Origin: Gemmatimonadota bacterium
Lineage (GTDB): Bacteria; Gemmatimonadota; Gemmatimonadetes; Gemmatimonadales; GWC2-71-9
DNA: 64,000 bases
Direction: 5' to 3'
Assembly (NCBI GenBank): GCA_039586365.1
Contig: JBDHKN010000006.1
Location: 137,402-201,401 of the forward strand
Under the pieces are notes generated by a model that saw only the letters and a list, made by a program, of their open reading frames with translations, made no database searches and was not told the DNA's origin. Both the position numbers and the translations under genes were made by a program. How positions within the stretch are numbered: the first letter of the stretch is position 1; the number at the start of each line of letters is the position of its first letter. Below are positions 59,010-64,000 of this stretch, one piece after another.

Positions 59010-59825
59010 ATGAGAAAGACGCTTTGTACCATTGGGCTGATAGCCGGCTCTTTGGCTTGTTCCGATCACCTGACAGAAGTCCAGCCGGATGTTTGCAGTG
59101 ACTTCGCAGGGATGTCTGCGCAGGAGTGCGAATGGCGGGGCCAGATCGCGCCAGGCAAACGGATCGAAGTGAGGGGGATTAACGGAGACATTGAGGCTTC
59201 GTTGGCCACAGGAAATGAAGTCGTCGTTTCCTGGGTCAAGAAGGGTGTGCGCAACGACCCTTCTGAGGTCACTGTCGAAGTGGTGTCACACGAAGATGGT
59301 GTGACGATCTGTGCCGTGTATCCGGACGTGCCCGGAAGACCGCATAACGAGTGCTTGCCCGACGGGATGGGCAATAACAGTGTGCGTGACAACGATGTGG
59401 AGGTGACTTTCACGGTAAGCTTGCCGCCGGGTGTGGTCTTCTACGGCCAGACGGTAACCGGCGACATAGCGGCTGAGGGCCTGGAGAGCGATGCGTTCGT
59501 CAGCACGATTACCGGCGATGTCAGTGTGTCGACTTCCGGCCTGGCAACAGCCGCTAGTGTTACCGGGTCCGTGTTCACATCGATCGGTCTGCCTGACTGG
59601 GACCGCGATCTGGCGTTCTGTACTGTGACCGGCAGTGTAACCGTGGAGATCCCTGCCGGCACCAACGCGGACGTTTATGCCAGTGCGGTGACCGGCAGCG
59701 TGTCCTCCGACTTCCCGTTGAGCAAGAACTGGGCGGGTGTATGGCGTGGTACCATAGGATCGGGAGGACGGAAGCTCACGGCGTCCACGGTCACGGGAAG
59801 CGTCAGGTTGAGACGCGGTGGTTAG
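59010..59825 (+). CDS. DUF4097-like beta-strand repeat lipoprotein
   Basis: SLAC lipobox, GINGDI, VTICAVYP, repeated (T/S)VTG(D/S)V units; AGGGAG upstream. Confidence 0.85.
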   Translation: MRKTLCTIGLIAGSLACSDHLTEVQPDVCSDFAGMSAQECEWRGQIAPGKRIEVRGINGDIEASLATGNEVVVSWVKKGVRNDPSEVTVEVVSHEDGVTICAVYPDVPGRPHNECLPDGMGNNSVRDNDVEVTFTVSLPPGVVFYGQTVTGDIAAEGLESDAFVSTITGDVSVSTSGLATAASVTGSVFTSIGLPDWDRDLAFCTVTGSVTVEIPAGTNADVYASAVTGSVSSDFPLSKNWAGVWRGTIGSGGRKLTASTVTGSVRLRRGG

Positions 59826-60021
59826 ACTTCGCTGAATTGACGGAGGTCGATGCGGTATTCCTCGACCGTCAGCCGGTCAACCTCGCGCATCTGCGCGGCC
59901 GTGAGGTGGGGTACCGGCTGCTGCTCCGTTCGCTTGCGCTGGATTGGCGGTCTGGTGAGAGTTGTGCATGACCGAGCAGTCACCCACCGGATAAAGGCCG
60001 ACCGCCCCCCAGCCGACTAGG

Positions 60022-60630
60022 ATGACTTCCCATCCAATTCCCGCGGATATCAGCGGCCTAGCGTGTCTCGCACGTGATTTAACAGCCGGGCCGTTCCCGG
60101 TTGCTGACGGATGGGGATGGCTGTACCGCACGTTCGAGCGAGTTGCGCGGCCGGACAGTCAGCTGAGGCGCATTATCTGCGGCTACTTCTGGCCGTGCGC
60201 GCTGGAGCGGTGGCGACGGGGCCGGGTCTATCGGTGGCTCGGCGTACATCTCTTTGGAGCTGTGATCCCGACCGGCGGGATCGTGATTCGCCGTGCGTTT
60301 CGGGCTCGCATGGCGCCGTACACTCTGGCCGGCAACTCCATTCGTGCCGTCCGTGCCTTCTACTATCGGACGTGTGTTTTCGAAGCGCTGCACATGCCCT
60401 TCTTCTTGACACTGGCGTTCCTCGCGATTCAGCGTGCTGCAGTCGGGCGGCTTGACTTCGCCGTCCAGAACGTCGTAATCAATGCGGCGATCAACCTGTA
60501 TCCCATGATGCACCATCGCCGCACTCGCGTCCGGATACTGCAGTTGTTGCATGCCGGTGGGGGCAGGCTCAGTCGCGGGTCTGAGCCTGCATCGGTAAGC
60601 GAACCGGTTCACTCAAGGCGAGGCACATGA
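60022..60630 (+). CDS. CrtO-like (glycosyl-carotenoid acyltransferase family) membrane protein
   Basis: ER..GRVYRWLGV, T...EALH, N..INLYP.M..R..R.R pattern; start uncertain. Confidence 0.55.
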   Translation: MTSHPIPADISGLACLARDLTAGPFPVADGWGWLYRTFERVARPDSQLRRIICGYFWPCALERWRRGRVYRWLGVHLFGAVIPTGGIVIRRAFRARMAPYTLAGNSIRAVRAFYYRTCVFEALHMPFFLTLAFLAIQRAAVGRLDFAVQNVVINAAINLYPMMHHRRTRVRILQLLHAGGGRLSRGSEPASVSEPVHSRRGT

Positions 60631-61242
60631 ATCGAACCGCATCCATTTGGCTGGCCGTGTTCCCAATCGCTCTGACGCTAGGCGTATTCGCCATTCCGGT
60701 GGTCGCCGATTACGGTAATCACGAGCTTGCCGCCGCAGCGGCGCGTCTGACCGCGCGATGGTACTGGGGGCATCTGCTCAGTGCGTTGGCGTTCGGCATC
60801 GCCGGAGTGGCGGCGGTTGCGTTGCACAGCGCGCTAGCGAGGTGCGCCGGCAAGCCACCGGACCCTCTGGGCGGCTGCTCTTGCAGTGATCGGTGCGGCA
60901 ATGCACACCTACGGGTTGGGAGCCGATGGAGTCGGACCTACCGCCATCTTGGCTGCAGGGGGCGAGCCCGAGATCTACTTCGGCGGTTTGGGCCTTCGGT
61001 TGAACGGGATCTTCATGGCGGGAGCTGTGGCGTTCAGCATCGGGTGGCTGGGTCTGACCGCGGCCGTGCTGCGGGTTGGCCCGGTGAGAGATTGGCGGCG
61101 CTGGTGGATACCAGGTGGTGTGCTGCTGATGGCTGCCTCTGAGGCGATTCCGTCCGGCTGGGGTCTGTACGTCGTGGCGGTAATGGCGTTGGCCGTGTGG
61201 CTGCCACTGAGTTGGTCGGTGAGGGGGATGCCGGCTCACTAA
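60627..61242 (+). pseudogene. Membrane protein split by a frameshift (pseudogene or sequence error)
   Basis: Frame from 60627 is hydrophobic and protein-like until about 60860; the hydrophobic sequence continues in the +1 frame (LWAAALAVIGAAMHTYGLGADGVGP...) to TAA 61242. Confidence 0.6.
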
Positions 61243-61525
61243 CGCGCCGCCAGCGTCAGATTCGTATTTCACTTTCAGCGATTCACCCTGCCTACCCCAC
61301 ACCGTCCCAGCGGCCGACTGCGCAGCCGCCGAGCTACGAAGCCTCTCAGCCTACGTGCCCATCATCGAGGAATTGGTTCCGTTCGGCCCACAGCACCGCG
61401 GCCCGGCGGGACCGTCTTCCGCCCGATCCGACACGAGGCGTTACTGCGCCGGTCGCAACGAGTAACGTAACGTTCCTGTCCAAGCCCCTTCACCCCTCAG
61501 CTGTGGCAACGCGTATCCGGCCACC

Positions 61526-61540
61526 TGGAACCGAGTTAGC
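61526..61540 (+). promoter_or_regulatory. Candidate sigma54 -24/-12 promoter
   Basis: TGGAACCGAGTTAGC has exact GG-N10-GC spacing, upstream of the NtrC-type gene. Confidence 0.4.
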
Positions 61541-61706
61541 ACACCGGAGCTTGCTCCTGAGCGAATCGCAGAGAGCTTGCAGTAGATGACAGCTCGGACT
61601 CATCGTGGGCGGGTTGGCTGCTTGCGCCGCCGCAGACCAAGCCGGATTCTATGGGTAGAGTTGGGGCCTCAAAACCTGGAGCTGTTGTCGTACGAGGCGT
61701 ATCACC

Positions 61707-63050
61707 ATGGCGCGACGCATTCTACTGGTAGACGACGATTCGACCTTGCTCACCTCGCTGTCCGAGGCGGTGCGCGAGATGGGGATAGAGGTCGAGACCG
61801 CTGGCAGCGCGGAGGAGGCGCTGGGTCTCCTGGGCCATCGTGAGCCTGAGCTGATTCTCAGCGACATCCGCATGACAGGACTAGACGGCATCGAGCTGCT
61901 CCAGCTCGTCCATGAGCGTGCGCCGTCGGTGGATGTGATTCTCATGACCGCGTACGACGACATGCCCACGGTGGTGCGCGGCATGCGGGCCGGTGCGTTC
62001 GACTTCTTGGTGAAGCCCATCAATCTGGACGAGTTGGAGGACGTGCTGAGGCGCGCTCTGGAGGACCGCCGCACGCGCGAGCGGGCCTACCGCGCTGCCG
62101 AGGACGAGGCGCGGCCCTACCGTTTGGACGAGTTGGTCGGTAAGGATCCGCAGATGATCGCGGTCTTCAAGCTGGTGGGTCAGCTCGCAACGAGCCGAGT
62201 CAATGTGCTGATCCGAGGTGAGAGTGGCACTGGTAAGGAGCTGGTAGCGCGCGCGATCCACTTCAACTCTCCCGCCGCTGCCGAGCCCTTCGTTCCCGTG
62301 AACTGCACGGCGCTGCCGGAGACGTTGCTGGAATCGGAGCTGTTCGGACACGTGCGGGGCGCGTTCACCGGGGCCGTGTCGGACCGGAGAGGGCGTTTTT
62401 CGCTCGCCGGCCAGGGTACCGTGTTTCTGGACGAGATCGGCGACACCGTCCCGGAGTTTCAGGCAAAGATCCTGCGCGTGCTGGAGAACGGAGAGTTCTT
62501 TCCGGTCGGTGGGGAAAGGGTGGAACGGACTGAGGCGAGAGTCATTGCGGCAACCCATCAGGATCTGGAGGTACTGGTGAAGGAAGGGAAGTTCCGCAAC
62601 GATCTCTATTACCGTCTGCGGGTTGTCGAGGTCACGCTGCCGCCCTTGCGCGAGCGCCTTGCAGACATCCCACCTCTCTCGCAGCACCTGGTGCGCAAGG
62701 CCAGCGAGAGACTCCACGTACCGGAACCCGCGCTGCATGAGTCGACGATCGAAGCCCTCACTTCGCACCACTGGCCCGGCAATGTACGGGAGCTGGAGAA
62801 CTGCCTCACTCGCGCGATCGCGTTGGCCACCGGGGGAGTTCTGCATCCGGAGCACCTGGGCATCGTACCCGCAGATGGCGCAGCACGTGAGATGTACAAA
62901 TCGCTCGATGAGGTTGAGGCATCGCATGTGAAACGCGTGCTTCGTGGCGTGGGTGGTAACAAGGCGCGTGCGGCACGCATACTCGGCATCTCCAAGCCGC
63001 GCCTGTACCGTCTCATCGAGAAGCACCACATCGAGGATAACAGCCGGTGA
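61707..63050 (+). CDS. Sigma54-dependent response regulator (NtrC/AtoC family)
   Basis: Receiver (LVDDD, SDIRM, KP), GESGTGKE, GAFTGA, FLDEIG, WPGNVREL, Fis-type HTH. Confidence 0.97.
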   Translation: MARRILLVDDDSTLLTSLSEAVREMGIEVETAGSAEEALGLLGHREPELILSDIRMTGLDGIELLQLVHERAPSVDVILMTAYDDMPTVVRGMRAGAFDFLVKPINLDELEDVLRRALEDRRTRERAYRAAEDEARPYRLDELVGKDPQMIAVFKLVGQLATSRVNVLIRGESGTGKELVARAIHFNSPAAAEPFVPVNCTALPETLLESELFGHVRGAFTGAVSDRRGRFSLAGQGTVFLDEIGDTVPEFQAKILRVLENGEFFPVGGERVERTEARVIAATHQDLEVLVKEGKFRNDLYYRLRVVEVTLPPLRERLADIPPLSQHLVRKASERLHVPEPALHESTIEALTSHHWPGNVRELENCLTRAIALATGGVLHPEHLGIVPADGAAREMYKSLDEVEASHVKRVLRGVGGNKARAARILGISKPRLYRLIEKHHIEDNSR

Positions 63051-64000
63051 CCTCTCCCTTCAAATCGCTCAGCCTGCGAAGTCGCTTTCTGATTCTAGTG
63101 CTACTGGGCGTGGTGGCTCCCCTGGGAATCGTGGGCCTGTGGCTTTCGACCTCGGCAAGGCGCTCGGGTGAGGAGCTCGCACGCGATCGTGTCGAAGAAT
63201 CTCTGAAGATCCTGCTTGAAGCGGTTGGAAGACGTTGGATGGTCGAGCGCTCGAGGCTACTAGATATCGCGGACTCGCGCCCCGTGCAGGTGGCGCTCGA
63301 AACGGAGCGGTCGGTTAGAGATCTCGCGGACACCGATGCCTTGCAGGAACTGGAAAGTCTCTGGTGGCTTGCCAGCCCGGTTGCCGCAGTGGTAACACTG
63401 CGCGACCGCGCCGGCAGGACGATCGCCCACTTCCCCACAGATCTCGATGTCACCGAGCCGCGAGTGCCGGAAGGACGTACCGCCGTCGTGTTGTATCGCA
63501 CTGACATCCACGCGCGGTCATCCGGTGAGCGACTTGGGTCCATGGAGGTGGTGGTCAGGGTGAAGGATCTGCTTCCTACGGGGACCCCGGGCTTGGGCAT
63601 CGGTGGCGCGGTCGTCGCGCTGTTCGACACTGATTTCGGCGATCCCGTCTTGCCTCTCGCCGTGGATCGGGATCTCCTCTCCCGGGAGCGGTTCACCTGG
63701 CACGGCGAAGATTGGCTCACCGCACGACACCGTATGACCGAGCCGCCGTTGCACGTCGTTCTGGCCGGTCCGGTCGGGCCGACGACGCAGACGTTTGGGG
63801 CGGCAGCCCGGCGAGGAACCTTGGCGCTCGTACTGGTAGCGTTTGCAGTCGTCTCCCTTGTTACGCTGTTCACTCGTCGACTCACCCGGTCGATGGAGTT
63901 GCTGGCACAGTCGGCAACCGATGTGAGTGCGGGCGACCTGTCGCGCCGTGTGGAAGAGCGTGGTCCACCCGAGGTGCAAGGCACTGCAAGAGCCTTCAAC
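63047..64000 (+). CDS. Membrane sensor, probably histidine kinase (HAMP), 3' truncated; absent from ORF track
   Basis: GTGA overlap with the regulator stop; open for 318 codons to the window end: TM1 (FLILVLLGVVAPLGIVGLW), periplasmic domain, TM2, HAMP (LTRSMELLAQ..GDLSRRV..PEV...ARAFN). Confidence 0.88.
   Translation, partial: MTSPFKSLSLRSRFLILVLLGVVAPLGIVGLWLSTSARRSGEELARDRVEESLKILLEAVGRRWMVERSRLLDIADSRPVQVALETERSVRDLADTDALQELESLWWLASPVAAVVTLRDRAGRTIAHFPTDLDVTEPRVPEGRTAVVLYRTDIHARSSGERLGSMEVVVRVKDLLPTGTPGLGIGGAVVALFDTDFGDPVLPLAVDRDLLSRERFTWHGEDWLTARHRMTEPPLHVVLAGPVGPTTQTFGAAARRGTLALVLVAFAVVSLVTLFTRRLTRSMELLAQSATDVSAGDLSRRVEERGPPEVQGTARAFN

Noticed and set aside
59440..59810. Repeated TVTG units as a DNA tandem repeat
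   Set aside because: These are protein-level beta-solenoid repeats with divergent codons, explained by the DUF4097-like call.
61881..63999. Long minus-strand ORFs (382 aa and 328 aa)
   Set aside because: Antisense shadows of the NtrC regulator and the HAMP sensor, typical of high-GC codon bias.

Overview
High-GC bacterial chromosomal DNA. The gene content suggests Gemmatimonadota (inference only). 1-28.5 kb is mostly core genes: mglA (partial), pgsA, cinA, grpE-dnaJ, yjbQ, and a long minus-strand run of creatininase-like, secreted protein, TolC, adaptor, ABC ATPase, four MacB-like permeases, bshB1, cysteine desulfurase, mnmA, alpha/beta-hydrolase, OsmC and 4-TM holin-family genes. A 1345-aa histidine kinase, msrPQ and an M28 peptidase follow. 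28.5-46.5 kb is a minus-strand carbohydrate block: a Dph6-like PP-loop ATPase, three (alpha/alpha)6 glycoside hydrolases, a sugar ABC importer and an MFS transporter. It contains a selenocysteine-type selD (in-frame UGA plus SECIS-like hairpin, truncated in the ORF track) and is interrupted by an opposite-strand pair encoding a cobalamin-binding radical SAM enzyme and a Pro-rich Ig-like lipoprotein. 46.7-64 kb holds a HEPN-like orphan, comM, a Phd-VapC toxin-antitoxin pair with a palindromic operator, and an ECF sigma/zinc anti-sigma/beta-barrel operon. Two TonB-dependent receptors and two lipoproteins follow; a promoter-like motif YGTCAGAA-N14-TCGTT occurs three times in this region. The window ends with a CrtO-like gene, a frameshifted membrane gene and an NtrC-type regulator with a truncated HAMP sensor. 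No rRNA, tRNA, CRISPR array, transposase or integrase was recognised. Best leads: the radical SAM/lipoprotein pair, the ECF regulon motif, and selD linked to sugar hydrolases.
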